Source: Synechococcus sp. (GTDB lineage: Bacteria > Cyanobacteriota > Cyanobacteriia > PCC-6307 > Cyanobiaceae). Taken from it: 64,000 nucleotides of DNA. The stretch is taken from NCBI GenBank assembly GCA_047285805.1, contig JBJBCN010000002.1, positions 1,056,001 through 1,120,000 of the forward strand, in the 5' to 3' direction. Every line of letters starts with the position of its first letter. Positions within the stretch are counted from its first letter, which is position 1. The position numbers and the translations under genes were made by a program. Under the pieces are notes generated by a model. The model had not been told where the DNA came from, did no database searches, and worked only from the letters and a program-made list of their open reading frames with translations. This document shows positions 1 to 9,751 of this stretch, in pieces.

Positions 1-480
1 CTTGAAGCCGAGCAGGCCCTGACTGAGGTGGGGGGAGAAGCCTGGGTTCGCGTCGCGGAAGCCAGCGGGCTCACCGCTGGCCTGATCGGCGGTATTGGTG
101 GCGCCCGCTGCCGCACCGTGGCCGCCCACGCCGTGCACAACGGGCTGACCCAGCTGGAGGCCAGCCACGGCCAACTCCATGGCGAGAAGGTGGGCTTTGG
201 AATCCTGGTGCAGCTGCGCTTGGAGGAAAGCGTCGGCGGCAACCAACTGGCAGCCCAAGCCCGGCGCCAACTGTTGCCCTTCTTCCAGCGCCTGAATCTT
301 CCGGTCAGCCTGGCGGACCTGGGGCTGGCCCAGGCCAGCCTGGCAGAGCTGCAAGCGGTGGCGGAATTTGCCTGCCGCCCAGGATCGGATCTGCATCACC
401 TTCCCTTCGCCGTCGGCCCTGCCGATGTGCTCGCGGCCCTCGTCAGCACCACCGCGGCCCTGAGCACTGTTGATGCCTGA
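1..480 (+). CDS. gldA: Glycerol dehydrogenase-like iron-containing alcohol dehydrogenase family protein, 5' part outside window
   Basis: Frame is open from base 1; contains AAHAVHNGLT and HGEKVGFG metal-binding motifs typical of GldA. Confidence 0.8.
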   Translation, partial: LEAEQALTEVGGEAWVRVAEASGLTAGLIGGIGGARCRTVAAHAVHNGLTQLEASHGQLHGEKVGFGILVQLRLEESVGGNQLAAQARRQLLPFFQRLNLPVSLADLGLAQASLAELQAVAEFACRPGSDLHHLPFAVGPADVLAALVSTTAALSTVDA

Positions 481-1357
481 GGCCCTTGATCAGCGGCAGC
501 TGCTTGAGCAGGCCGCCAAAAACCTGCTGGATCCTCAAGGACAAGCCATTGCCCAAGCGGTGCAGTGGTGGGACCTTCCGAGTGCCTGCAGCCAAACCAG
601 CGAGCCCTGGCCTGTGGCGGTCCTTGGCTCCGGCCCTCCGTTGTTGCTCTTGCATGGCTTTGACAGCTCCCACCAGGAGTTCCGGCGGCTGAGCCCCCTG
701 CTTGCGGCCCACGCAGAACTGTTCATCCCCGATCTCTACGGCTTTGGCTTCTGCCCACGGCCCCAGGGCGGTGACTACAGCCCTGCGGGCGTGATGCGCC
801 ACCTAGAGGCCGTGCTGGATGCGTTGCTGGAGCGCAGCGGTGCCGCGCGCGTCGGCCTGATTGGGGCGTCGATGGGGGGATCGGTGGCCGTGGAACTGGC
901 ACGCCGGCGCCCCGAGCACATTGAGCGCCTTCTGCTACTGGCCCCCGCTGGCCTCACCGGGAAACCGATGCCGGTGCCGCCGCTCTTGAATCAAGTGGGT
1001 GCACGCTTTTTGGCACTTCCAGCGATTCGCCGAGGGCTGTGCCGCAGTGCCTTTGCCCAACCCGACCGCGATGTCGGTCCAGCGGAGCTGGAGATCGCCT
1101 CGATCCACCTGCGCTGCCCCAACTGGGCGCCGGCCTTGGCGGCCTTTGCCGGTAGTGGCGGTTTTGGGGGCTGCGGGCTGCCACTGCCCAGGCAGCCGCT
1201 CGAGGTGCTCTGGGGGGCCAATGACCGGATCCTTAAGGGCAAACCTAAAGCCGAGGCGGCATTTCTGTTAGGAGAGCGGATCACAGAGCTCAGCGATTGC
1301 GGGCACCTGCCCCACATCGATCAGCCCGGCGCCGTGGTGCGCACCTGGCATGGCTGA
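473..1357 (+). CDS. Alpha/beta hydrolase fold protein
   Basis: LLLHGFDSS, GASMGG nucleophile elbow, CGHLPH catalytic His. Confidence 0.85.
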   Translation: MPEALDQRQLLEQAAKNLLDPQGQAIAQAVQWWDLPSACSQTSEPWPVAVLGSGPPLLLLHGFDSSHQEFRRLSPLLAAHAELFIPDLYGFGFCPRPQGGDYSPAGVMRHLEAVLDALLERSGAARVGLIGASMGGSVAVELARRRPEHIERLLLLAPAGLTGKPMPVPPLLNQVGARFLALPAIRRGLCRSAFAQPDRDVGPAELEIASIHLRCPNWAPALAAFAGSGGFGGCGLPLPRQPLEVLWGANDRILKGKPKAEAAFLLGERITELSDCGHLPHIDQPGAVVRTWHG

Positions 1358-1949
1358 TCCCGTTCTGCAACTGCTGGCAAGTGGACTGCAGTTCTGGATT
1401 CGCCAGCAATGTGAATCCGTCGAGCAGCTGGAGTTGCAACTACACGGCTCGACCCTGGCCTTACTGCGGGGCCGGCTGGAGGGAGTGAGTCTGGTGGCCC
1501 GCAAGGCGGTCTTCAGTGCCCTGGAGATCGAGCGAGTGGAGCTGCGCAGCGGAGCGATCAGCGTCCAGATAGGCAAGCTGATGAAGGGCCAGTCCCTACA
1601 ACTCGAGCAACCCTTTCCGGTGCAGGGGAGCGCGGAATTCAGTGGTCCAGGACTCAGCCGCTCCTTCAGCGGCGCCCACTGGCGCGGGCTAGGGGACCAG
1701 ATCAGCGAGGCGCTGCTGGGGCTGACGCCGCTGCAGGAGTTGACGATCGAGAACGAGCAGCTGCTGGTGCGAGCCCAGGGCCGAGAGATGGCCACCCAGC
1801 CCCTCGCCGAGTCGGGTTGTGTGATGCTGCAGCAGTGCGGCGGTCCCAAGCGTTTCGCCCTGCCGGGGGACCCCAACATCACGATCGAGCGAGCGGAGTT
1901 GCAATCCGGGCGGCTGCTGGTGAGCGGCACCGCGATGGTGCAGCCCTAG
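1350..1949 (+). CDS. DUF2993 (LmeA-like) family protein
   Basis: Resembles a conserved cyanobacterial protein (WIRQQCESV...LLRGRLEGV); start overlaps upstream gene. Confidence 0.6.
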   Translation: MADPVLQLLASGLQFWIRQQCESVEQLELQLHGSTLALLRGRLEGVSLVARKAVFSALEIERVELRSGAISVQIGKLMKGQSLQLEQPFPVQGSAEFSGPGLSRSFSGAHWRGLGDQISEALLGLTPLQELTIENEQLLVRAQGREMATQPLAESGCVMLQQCGGPKRFALPGDPNITIERAELQSGRLLVSGTAMVQP

Positions 1950-2833
1950 GCCAGGAAGGTCACCACGGTGAAAAACACCGCGGGGATGAAGAGATAGCTA
2001 TCTATGCGATCGAGGATGCCGCCATGGCCAGGCAAGAAATCGCCCGAATCCTTCACCCCGGCATCGCGCTTCATCATCGATTCGGTCAGATCCCCCACCA
2101 GGGCAAAGACCGTGACCATCACCCCAAGCAGGGCGCCGATGGCCCAGCCCCAGCTCCAGCCCAGCAGTAGCCCAAAGAGAGCACCCAGCAGCATCGAGCA
2201 GACCAGCCCCCCCAGGGCTCCCTCGACGGTTTTTCCAGGGGAGGTTGGCGAGAGGGGCGTGCGGCCGTAGCGGCGGCCAATCATGTAGCTGCCGATGTCG
2301 GTTGCCACGATCTGGAGACAAGCCATCAACATTAAGACCATCCCCGAAGTCAGCGGCCAAGGCCAATGCTGCAGGTTGGGGGCCAAGAGCGGATCCGTTA
2401 GATCCCGCAACCGAATCCAGTAGCTCGGCAGATAGCCCAAATAAAAGAGGGCAAAGATCGAGGAGGCGATGTCCGCGATCGTCCCGGTGACGGGCTGGAG
2501 CAGCAGCCAACCACAGATGATCGCGCCAGCCACTGGTAGGACGGCGGCCGAGAGTTCCGCGGCAAAGCCGACACCCGCCACATCACCGCCGTGGGCCCAC
2601 TGGGTGGTGATCAACAGCAACTGGACCAGCACCAAGGTGGTCTTGCTGGCCGGGCGAATCCCCTTAGCGCGGGCGAGGTCGAAGTACTCGAGCAGCCCCA
2701 GGTGAACCATCACCCCGAGGGCGATCGTGAACCACCAGCCCCCCAAACCCACCACCAGCAGCCCAAAGGCACCGGCGGCGTAGCCGCTCAGCAGGCGCTG
2801 AGGGGAGGTTCGGGTGCGCGGGGGGGGAATCAA
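1946..2833 (-). CDS. cdsA: Phosphatidate cytidylyltransferase
   Basis: SPGKTVEG and GDLTESMMKRDAGVKDSG...PGHGGILDRIDS signature; multi-TM. Confidence 0.95.
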   Translation of the reverse strand: MIPPPRTRTSPQRLLSGYAAGAFGLLVVGLGGWWFTIALGVMVHLGLLEYFDLARAKGIRPASKTTLVLVQLLLITTQWAHGGDVAGVGFAAELSAAVLPVAGAIICGWLLLQPVTGTIADIASSIFALFYLGYLPSYWIRLRDLTDPLLAPNLQHWPWPLTSGMVLMLMACLQIVATDIGSYMIGRRYGRTPLSPTSPGKTVEGALGGLVCSMLLGALFGLLLGWSWGWAIGALLGVMVTVFALVGDLTESMMKRDAGVKDSGDFLPGHGGILDRIDSYLFIPAVFFTVVTFLA

Positions 2834-3456
2834 GGGCGTTCTGCCGCAATCAAGAACAGCGGTTCTGCGGCCGCCAAACGGGCCTGGCTGCCGCGGCGCT
2901 GCATCCGGTGAACCGTGGCTTGCACCACCTGCAGATCAACCGCGGCCAGTTGTCCCAAGGTATCGGTGGCGTCCACCAACCCCTCTAGGTTGGCAGTGCT
3001 GATCACCAGACGGCCGGCTGGCACCAGGGCATCCCATACCTGGTGGAGGACATCCCGCAGCGGACGCCCAACCTCCAGCAGGACCCGATCGGGGCGCGGC
3101 GGCAACTGGGCCAACCCCTCGGGGGCTTCTCCCTGGTGGATGTGGAGGTTCTCGATACCAAAGCGGCGGCGGTTGCGCTCCAGCAGCTCAATGCCGTCGG
3201 GATCCCGCTCCAGGGTGTGCACCGCTCCAGCGGGCATCAGCCTGGCGATCTCCAGGGCCAGGGCACCGGTGCCGCCACCTACATCCCAGACCATGGAATC
3301 GCTCTTTGGCCGCAGGTGCGAGAGCAGCATTACCCGCTGCTCCATCGGCGTGGGGCTAAAGCCGGGGGCATCGGCAAAGGCCGTATCTGGCAGCCCCGGG
3401 GTGACGAAGTCCCATTGGAAGGAACCGTGGCCTGCCGCGGGCATGCTCCGCCTCAC
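2830..3456 (-). CDS. cbiT: Precorrin-6B/cobalt-precorrin-6B C15-methyltransferase (decarboxylating)
   Basis: TPGLPD..F N-terminus, WDVGGGTG SAM-binding motif. Confidence 0.85.
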   Translation of the reverse strand: MRRSMPAAGHGSFQWDFVTPGLPDTAFADAPGFSPTPMEQRVMLLSHLRPKSDSMVWDVGGGTGALALEIARLMPAGAVHTLERDPDGIELLERNRRRFGIENLHIHQGEAPEGLAQLPPRPDRVLLEVGRPLRDVLHQVWDALVPAGRLVISTANLEGLVDATDTLGQLAAVDLQVVQATVHRMQRRGSQARLAAAEPLFLIAAERP

Positions 3457-4850
3457 GCGATCACCACCATTACCGTATCAGCGATCTGATGGGGCCAAAG
3501 CCTGCGCTGCTCCTGCAACCAGTCAGCCCGGGGCCCATCGATGCGCTCGCCGGGAATCAAGAGGGGAATCCCCGGGGGGTAGGGGCAGAGCGGTTTCGCG
3601 GCCAGGCACCCGGCGGCCTGATCGAGGGGAACAGCCTCACTCTTGGCCCGCCAGGCCTCGCCGAGGGGCAGCTCCGGGCTGGCCACCAGAGGCACAGGCG
3701 GCCGGCTGAAGGACCACGAGCCAGCACCACCCAGCTCTTGCCGCAGCTGCTCGAGCACCGCCGGCAAAAGGCGCAACAGCCGGCGCGGCGGCTGAAGGCC
3801 CAAACAGAAGGTCAGGCAGCCCGGTTCAGGCAGCTCGGCGATCACCCCCCGCTCCATCAACCACTCGTCCGCCTCCAGGCCGTTGATCCCGTCGACCGCG
3901 CAGATCCAGCTCAGGCGCAACGGATCCTGGTTCTCCAACAGCTGAACACCATCAGCCCCCAGGCGCTGACGCAGCCTCTCGCCACGACTCAGGGCCCGGC
4001 CTACTTGCCGGCACCCCTTGGCGCTGTGGAGATGCTGCAGCGCCGCTTCCGCGGATGCCAGCAGCAGAGCACTTGGGCTGGAGGTCTGCAGCCAAAGCAG
4101 CGCCCGCTCGATCCGCGCTGGATCGACGCCGCTGCCGCTGCCCTGGAGCAGAACAGCGCTCTGGGCCAAGCCGCCGGCGGCCTTTTGCAGGGACTGCACC
4201 ACCAGATCGGCTCCGACGCTCAGGCCCGAGGGCGGCAGGCGCGGATCCAGCCCCAGATGTGCTCCGTGGGCTTCATCGAGCAGCACCGGCAATCCCTGCC
4301 GCTGGGGCACCGCCACCAGCGCCGCGAGATCACCGACACAGCCCTGGTAGCTCGGCGACACCAAGACCACCGCCGCCAGGGGCCCCTGGGCCAGGGCGGC
4401 GCGCAGGACCGCGTCCAAGTGCTCCGGACTGGGCGGCAACCAGAGCCCCGAGGCCGGATCAAAGGGCAGATCAAAGAGCACGGGCTCGAGCTGCCCGAGC
4501 AAGCAGCCGTGCAGCAGGGAGCGGTGCAGGTTGCGCGGCAGCAGCACCCGCTCACCGGGCTTAGCCAAGGCCAGCAAACCGGCCTGGAGCAGACCACTGG
4601 CGCCATTGACGCCGTACCAGCAGCGCCGGGCCCCGAGCAGCTGTGCGATGGCCGCTTGGCTCTCCGCCACGGCCCCCTCGGATTGCAGCGGCCCCCCGAT
4701 CTCGGGAAGCTCCGGCAGATCCCAACTCCCTGGGGTTTGGCGCAGCACTTGCACGAGAGCCGGCGCCAGGGCGCGGCCGCGGCCGTGGGCGGGGAGATGC
4801 AGCGGCAGACGCGGCCGGCGCCCCTGAAGCAACTGCTTGAGCAACACCAT
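3453..4850 (-). CDS. PLP-dependent Orn/Lys/Arg decarboxylase family protein
   Basis: HLPAHGRG, NGASGLL, PRNLHRS, DEAHGAH, SLQK (PLP lysine), PYPPGIP; ATG at 4850 preferred to the longer ORF that overlaps the ABC1 gene. Confidence 0.85.
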   Translation of the reverse strand: MVLLKQLLQGRRPRLPLHLPAHGRGRALAPALVQVLRQTPGSWDLPELPEIGGPLQSEGAVAESQAAIAQLLGARRCWYGVNGASGLLQAGLLALAKPGERVLLPRNLHRSLLHGCLLGQLEPVLFDLPFDPASGLWLPPSPEHLDAVLRAALAQGPLAAVVLVSPSYQGCVGDLAALVAVPQRQGLPVLLDEAHGAHLGLDPRLPPSGLSVGADLVVQSLQKAAGGLAQSAVLLQGSGSGVDPARIERALLWLQTSSPSALLLASAEAALQHLHSAKGCRQVGRALSRGERLRQRLGADGVQLLENQDPLRLSWICAVDGINGLEADEWLMERGVIAELPEPGCLTFCLGLQPPRRLLRLLPAVLEQLRQELGGAGSWSFSRPPVPLVASPELPLGEAWRAKSEAVPLDQAAGCLAAKPLCPYPPGIPLLIPGERIDGPRADWLQEQRRLWPHQIADTVMVVIA

Positions 4851-4889
4851 TCCTAGAGTTTGCAACCCGCTGCCTCTCCCCCCGGTTCC

Positions 4890-6542
4890 ATGGCCAACTA
4901 CAACCCGGGTCGAGATCTTCGTTGGCTGCTGCTGCGGCCCTGGCTGTTGATCGACCGCCTGGTGGTGGTACTTAGCAGCCTGCTGAGCCTGGCGCTGGTG
5001 CTGGTCTTCCAGGCCAACAACCCCGATCCCAAGGTGCAGCAGCGCCTCGGGCAGAGGATTTTCTCCACCCTGACGGGACTGGGGCCCTGCTTCATCAAGG
5101 TCGGCCAAGCCCTCTCGACCCGCCCGGATCTGGTACGGCGCGATTGGCTGGACCAGCTGACCCAACTGCAGGACAACCTGCCGGCCTTCCCACACGCCAT
5201 CGCCCTACAGACGATTGAGGCGGACCTGGGTGCTCCAGTCCAGCAACTTTTTGAGGAGTTCCCGGAATATCCCGTGGCAGCGGCGAGCCTTGGCCAGGTG
5301 TACCGGGCCAAGCCCGTCGGCGGCCACTGGGTAGCGGTGAAGGTGCAGCGCCCCCAACTCGAACTGCAACTGCGCAGGGATCTGGTGTTGATCCGCCTGC
5401 TCGGGGTAATGGCCGCTCCGCTGCTGCCCCTGAACCTGGGTTTTGGACTGGGCGAAATCATTGATGAATTTGGCCGCTCCCTATTTGAGGAGATCGACTA
5501 CCGCAAAGAGGCCGACAACGCCGAGCGCTTCGCGCGGATGTTTGAGAAGAACGCGGCGGTGATCGTGCCGCGGGTGGACCGGAACCTGTCAGGAGAGCGA
5601 GTGCTGACGACAACATGGATCAACGGCACGAAGCTTCAGCAGCGCCAGGAGCTTGAAGCCCAGCAGCTCGATCCAGCCGCGCTGATCCGCACAGGGGTGG
5701 TCTCAGGGCTGCAGCAGCTACTGGAGTTCGGCTACTTCCACGCCGACCCCCACCCCGGCAACCTGTTTGCTCTGCCGGGCAAGACCGGAGCAATGGGCCA
5801 TGTGGCCTACGTGGACTTCGGGATGATGGATTCGGTCAGCAACAGTGATCGCCTGACCCTTACCGGGGCGGTCGTGCACCTCATCAACCGGGACTTCGAA
5901 GGCCTGGCCCAGGACTTCGTCGATCTGGGCTTCCTCAACGCCAAAACCGATCTAAAACAGATCATTCCCGCCCTCGAGGAGGTGCTGGGGGGCGCCCTTG
6001 GGGAGAACGTGGGCTCGTTCAACTTCAAGGCGATCACGGATCGCTTCTCGGAGCTGATGTACTCCTACCCCTTCCGGGTACCGGCGCGCTTCGCCCTGAT
6101 CATCCGGGCGGTAGTCAGCCAAGAGGGCCTGGCAATGCGTCTGGACCCGAGCTTCCGGATCATCAACGTGGCTTACCCCTACGTGGCCCGGAGGCTGCTG
6201 GCGGGAGACACCGCGGAGATGCGCGAAAAGTTGCTGGAGGTGCTCTTCGACCAAGACGGGCGGCTGCAGCTGGAGCGCTTGGAGAACCTGCTGCAAGTGG
6301 TCGAGAACGACGACGGCGGTGGCGGCGCGAAGGACCTGCTGCCAGTGGCCGGCGCAGGCCTGAAGCTACTGGTTGGAGAAGAAGGCAAGAGCCTGCGCCA
6401 GCGGCTACTGCTGACCCTGGTGCGCGACAACCGCCTGAACACCGATGACCTGCGGGGTCTGATGGACCTGATGCGGCGCACTTTCTCGCCTAAGCGCGTG
6501 GCGGGCCGACTACTCACCCGGCTGAACCCGCTGGCCGCTTAG
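4890..6542 (+). CDS. ABC1/AarF/UbiB family atypical kinase
   Basis: LGPCFIKVGQALSTRPD, AAASLGQVY, VAVKVQRP, FHADPHPGN, DFG motifs. Confidence 0.95.
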   Translation: MANYNPGRDLRWLLLRPWLLIDRLVVVLSSLLSLALVLVFQANNPDPKVQQRLGQRIFSTLTGLGPCFIKVGQALSTRPDLVRRDWLDQLTQLQDNLPAFPHAIALQTIEADLGAPVQQLFEEFPEYPVAAASLGQVYRAKPVGGHWVAVKVQRPQLELQLRRDLVLIRLLGVMAAPLLPLNLGFGLGEIIDEFGRSLFEEIDYRKEADNAERFARMFEKNAAVIVPRVDRNLSGERVLTTTWINGTKLQQRQELEAQQLDPAALIRTGVVSGLQQLLEFGYFHADPHPGNLFALPGKTGAMGHVAYVDFGMMDSVSNSDRLTLTGAVVHLINRDFEGLAQDFVDLGFLNAKTDLKQIIPALEEVLGGALGENVGSFNFKAITDRFSELMYSYPFRVPARFALIIRAVVSQEGLAMRLDPSFRIINVAYPYVARRLLAGDTAEMREKLLEVLFDQDGRLQLERLENLLQVVENDDGGGGAKDLLPVAGAGLKLLVGEEGKSLRQRLLLTLVRDNRLNTDDLRGLMDLMRRTFSPKRVAGRLLTRLNPLAA

Positions 6543-6567
6543 GGTCAGCGCGATTTGCAGATCACCA

Positions 6568-7035
6568 ATGTCCCTGGACCCGATCAACCTGAGCGAGGCC
6601 GCCCAGGACTTCGCGACAGGAGACTTCGGTGACCTGGAGGCGGGTGATTTCCTGCTGGAATTCGCCCCGATGTTCCAGCCGCCCTACGTCCTGGCGGGGA
6701 TCGGCCTCGCCATGGGGATCCTCTGCGGCCTGACCTTCGCCAAGCTCGTGCAGAACAAGCTTGACGGTTGGAAACAGGACCGCCTGGCCTTACTGCCCCT
6801 GGGGAACTTCGAGACCAACCTTCCCTACACGGGCATCATCGTCGGCATCACCCTGTTCATAGGCGGCAGCCTGCAGATCTTCGGCTTTGCCTCAGGCGCA
6901 GCGCTGCTGGTGGCCTTCGTGCTGTCCATGGCCACGGCTGGCGCTCTTTGGGTCCAGCTGGAACGACTGATGACGCAAGTCGAGAACGGCACCTTCAGCG
7001 CCGTCGACTTCGACAACTTCGACGAGTTCTTTTAA
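6568..7035 (+). CDS. Conserved cyanobacterial membrane protein
   Basis: About three hydrophobic segments, strongly GC3-biased codon usage. Confidence 0.7.
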   Translation: MSLDPINLSEAAQDFATGDFGDLEAGDFLLEFAPMFQPPYVLAGIGLAMGILCGLTFAKLVQNKLDGWKQDRLALLPLGNFETNLPYTGIIVGITLFIGGSLQIFGFASGAALLVAFVLSMATAGALWVQLERLMTQVENGTFSAVDFDNFDEFF

Positions 7036-8024
7036 GCCGCCAGATAAGCGTGCATCGCCTCGGACCGGCGGCGCAGCTCCTCGTGGGCCTTGCGCTCCAG
7101 GCTACGGGCCCGGTCGCGGCTCATCTCCAAAGAACGCGCTATGGAGCTGAGGCTCATCGGCTCCTCGCAATCAATGCCGTAGCGCATCTTCAGGACGCGC
7201 CCCTGCAGGTCCGGCAGTTGGTCCAGCAGGCCCCGCATATCCATCCGCAGGCACTCGCCATCCACCAGCTCAGACGGTTGGGTGTCATCGGCCGCCAGCA
7301 GGTCCAGCAGCTCCGTGTCATCCCCATCGCCCACCTTCGTCTCCAGGCTCACAGGCTGACGGGCCCGGCAAAGCAGGTCCTTCACCTCCTCCTCCGGCAG
7401 GTCGACAAACTCAGCCAACTCCGTCACGGTCGGGGTACGGCCAAGGTCTTGGCTCAGTTCCCTCTGGCCCTTCTTGAGCTTGTTCAGGGTCTCCGTGATG
7501 TGGATCGGCAAGCGGATCGTGCGGCTCTTCTCCGCAATCGCACGCGTGATCCCCTGGCGGATCCACCAGTACGCATAGGTACTGAACTTGTAGCCCCGGG
7601 TCGGGTCGAACTTCTCCACGCCACGCACCAGGCCAATGGTTCCCTCCTGGATCAGGTCCAAGAGCTCCATGTTTCGCTTGGTGTACTTCTTGGCCACGCT
7701 CACCACCAACCGCAAGTTGGCCGCCACCATCCGCTCCTTGGCCCGCTGACCGCTGCGCTGACGCTTCTTGAGCTGAACCTGCGTCAGGCCTGCTTCCTTG
7801 GCCAGCACCGCAGGAGAGGGCTTCTCCACGCCTTCACGGCTCGCCAGCTCCTGCTCCAGCACTTCCAGCGCCACCAGCTCTTGGACCTGACGGCCCAGCG
7901 TGATCTCCTGCTCGTGGGTGAGCAGCGGAACCCGACCGATGTCCCGCAGGTACGAGCGCACCAAATCCGTACCGCCGGCCAGCGCGGTGTCGCGGTCAGC
8001 TCGCAGGATCGGAACAGAGGGCAT
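7032..8024 (-). CDS. Group 2 sigma-70 factor (RpoD-like, no region 1.1)
   Basis: DLVRSYLRDIGRVPLL, ANLRLVVSVAKKY, DLIQEG, KFSTYAYWWIRQGITRAI. Confidence 0.95.
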   Translation of the reverse strand: MPSVPILRADRDTALAGGTDLVRSYLRDIGRVPLLTHEQEITLGRQVQELVALEVLEQELASREGVEKPSPAVLAKEAGLTQVQLKKRQRSGQRAKERMVAANLRLVVSVAKKYTKRNMELLDLIQEGTIGLVRGVEKFDPTRGYKFSTYAYWWIRQGITRAIAEKSRTIRLPIHITETLNKLKKGQRELSQDLGRTPTVTELAEFVDLPEEEVKDLLCRARQPVSLETKVGDGDDTELLDLLAADDTQPSELVDGECLRMDMRGLLDQLPDLQGRVLKMRYGIDCEEPMSLSSIARSLEMSRDRARSLERKAHEELRRRSEAMHAYLAA

Positions 8025-8036
8025 CGCGAAGATGAA

Positions 8037-8060
8037 TTACGAAACCCAGGTGTTTCGTAA
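8037..8060. promoter_or_regulatory. Perfect 9-bp inverted repeat (TTACGAAAC-N6-GTTTCGTAA) in the sigma/pseudouridine synthase divergent promoter region
   Basis: Palindrome read directly, 12 nt upstream of the sigma start codon; function inferred. Confidence 0.45.
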
Positions 8061-8123
8061 AGCGTTTGAGGAACCGTATCACTTTTTTCTGGTGAGCAAA
8101 ATGCCTTTGGACACAGCGCTGAG

Positions 8124-8831
8124 ATGGCCGCTGAACGACTGCAAAAGCTGATCGCCCAGGTGGGGTTCTGCTCCAGGCGCCGCGCCGAGGAGCTCCTCAG
8201 GGACGGCCGGGTCACGGTCAATGGCCAACGGGCCCAGCTGGGGGACAAGGCCGATCCCAACAGCGATTCGATTACCCTCGACGGCGAACCACTCGGCGCC
8301 GCGGCCGAGCCGATGGTGCTCCTGCTCAACAAGCCCGCCGGGGTCCTCAGCAGCTGTTTCGACCCGGCGGGCCGTCCCATCGTGCTCGACTTCTTGCCAC
8401 CCGAGCTCGCCCGGGGACAGGGGCTCCACCCGGTCGGACGCCTGGATTTTGAAAGCCGCGGGGCGCTGCTGCTGAGCAATAACGGCGCCCTCACCCTGGA
8501 GCTGACTCACCCCCGCTTCGCCCACCGGAAGACCTACCTGGTCTGGGTCCAAGGCCGGCCCAGCCAACGGGTGCTGGATCGGTGGGCCCGTGGAGTCAGC
8601 CTCGAGGGAACCCCCTCTCAGCCGGTGCAAGTCAGCGTCGCCGACACCGAGCCGGATCACACCCTGCTGCAGCTGGTGATGGGCGAGGGAAAAAACCGCC
8701 AGATCCGCCGTACCGCCGAGCTTCTCGGCCACCATGTCGTCGATCTCCAGCGCGTCGCTATCGGCCCGATTCATCTCGGAGCACTGCCAGAGGGTCGCTG
8801 GAGACGAATAAACGACCAAGAATGGAATTAA
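8124..8831 (+). CDS. RsuA/RluB-family pseudouridine synthase with S4 domain
   Basis: ERLQKLIA..SRRRAEELL, NKPAG, VGRLDFES (catalytic Asp), EGKNRQIRR. Confidence 0.92.
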   Translation: MAAERLQKLIAQVGFCSRRRAEELLRDGRVTVNGQRAQLGDKADPNSDSITLDGEPLGAAAEPMVLLLNKPAGVLSSCFDPAGRPIVLDFLPPELARGQGLHPVGRLDFESRGALLLSNNGALTLELTHPRFAHRKTYLVWVQGRPSQRVLDRWARGVSLEGTPSQPVQVSVADTEPDHTLLQLVMGEGKNRQIRRTAELLGHHVVDLQRVAIGPIHLGALPEGRWRRINDQEWN

Positions 8832-8848
8832 CCAGCTGATCGGCCGGA

Positions 8849-9751
8849 ATGCCTCGGTTCGTCCTCTCCATCCCAGGTTTGTCCCGTCTGCTGGGCCGGG
8901 GACATGGCGGGGAGGGGTCCGCTTCGGAGATGCCTGAACCGGAAGATCCCTTGCTGGAAGTGGGCCGGCGGCTCAAAAGCGAGCGGGAATCCCGGGGCTT
9001 GAACCTGCGACAAATGGCCCTCGAGACCAAGATCAGCACCCCCGTGCTCGAAGCCCTCGAGCGGGGCTGGCGCGATCGACTCCCCGAGGGCGCCTACCTC
9101 AAATCCATGCTCCCGCTGCTGGAGGATTACCTAAACCTGCCGGGCGGCAGCCTCTCGGCCGCACTGCCGGCGGAAAGCGAGAGCGCAACGACGCCCGGGA
9201 TGGTGCAGCGCTTCACCCCGGGGTCGATCGATGTCTTCAGCAGCTGGCAAGGCACCGTTCTCTACGGCGCGATCACCTTCAGCTTGATCTACGGCCTAAA
9301 CCTGCAGCAGCGCCAACTCGCCTCGGCCAACCTGCTGACCTACCAGCCAATTCCAGCCCTCAAACCCAGCGAGCAGGCCAAACCGGTCCAAGCCGGCAAC
9401 AGCCTCTTGGCCTCTTACCCTGACCTGAAGCCGCTCGAGCGCGCCAAGCGCGGCAGTGGAGCCGCCGCCCTGCGCCAACAACTCCAAGACCCCAAACAAG
9501 CAGGACAAGGGGTGCTGGAACTCAACCTGAGCCAGGCCAGTGCACTGGAACTCAGCAGTGAGGGGGGGCAACGCACCCGCCTCAGCGGCAGCAAGGGACA
9601 AGTGGTGCTGCAGCTGCAACCGCCCCTGAAGCTCTCGATCGCGCCGGCCCCGAAAACCGGTGAGGTGCTCTGGAATGGCAAGCCCCTCGCCGCCCTACCC
9701 AAGCAGCCAGAACGGTTCCAAGTGCCGGAAGCGCAGGCTCAGCGCCCGTAG
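8849..9751 (+). CDS. RodZ-like HTH (XRE) membrane-anchored protein
   Basis: VGRRLKSERESRGL...LEALERG HTH followed by one TM helix; start could be the later Met (MPEPED). Confidence 0.75.
   Translation: MPRFVLSIPGLSRLLGRGHGGEGSASEMPEPEDPLLEVGRRLKSERESRGLNLRQMALETKISTPVLEALERGWRDRLPEGAYLKSMLPLLEDYLNLPGGSLSAALPAESESATTPGMVQRFTPGSIDVFSSWQGTVLYGAITFSLIYGLNLQQRQLASANLLTYQPIPALKPSEQAKPVQAGNSLLASYPDLKPLERAKRGSGAAALRQQLQDPKQAGQGVLELNLSQASALELSSEGGQRTRLSGSKGQVVLQLQPPLKLSIAPAPKTGEVLWNGKPLAALPKQPERFQVPEAQAQRP

Noticed and set aside
4851..5195. 115-aa N-terminal extension of the decarboxylase ORF
   Set aside because: Overlaps the ABC1 kinase on the opposite strand; ATG at 4850 gives a normal-length protein
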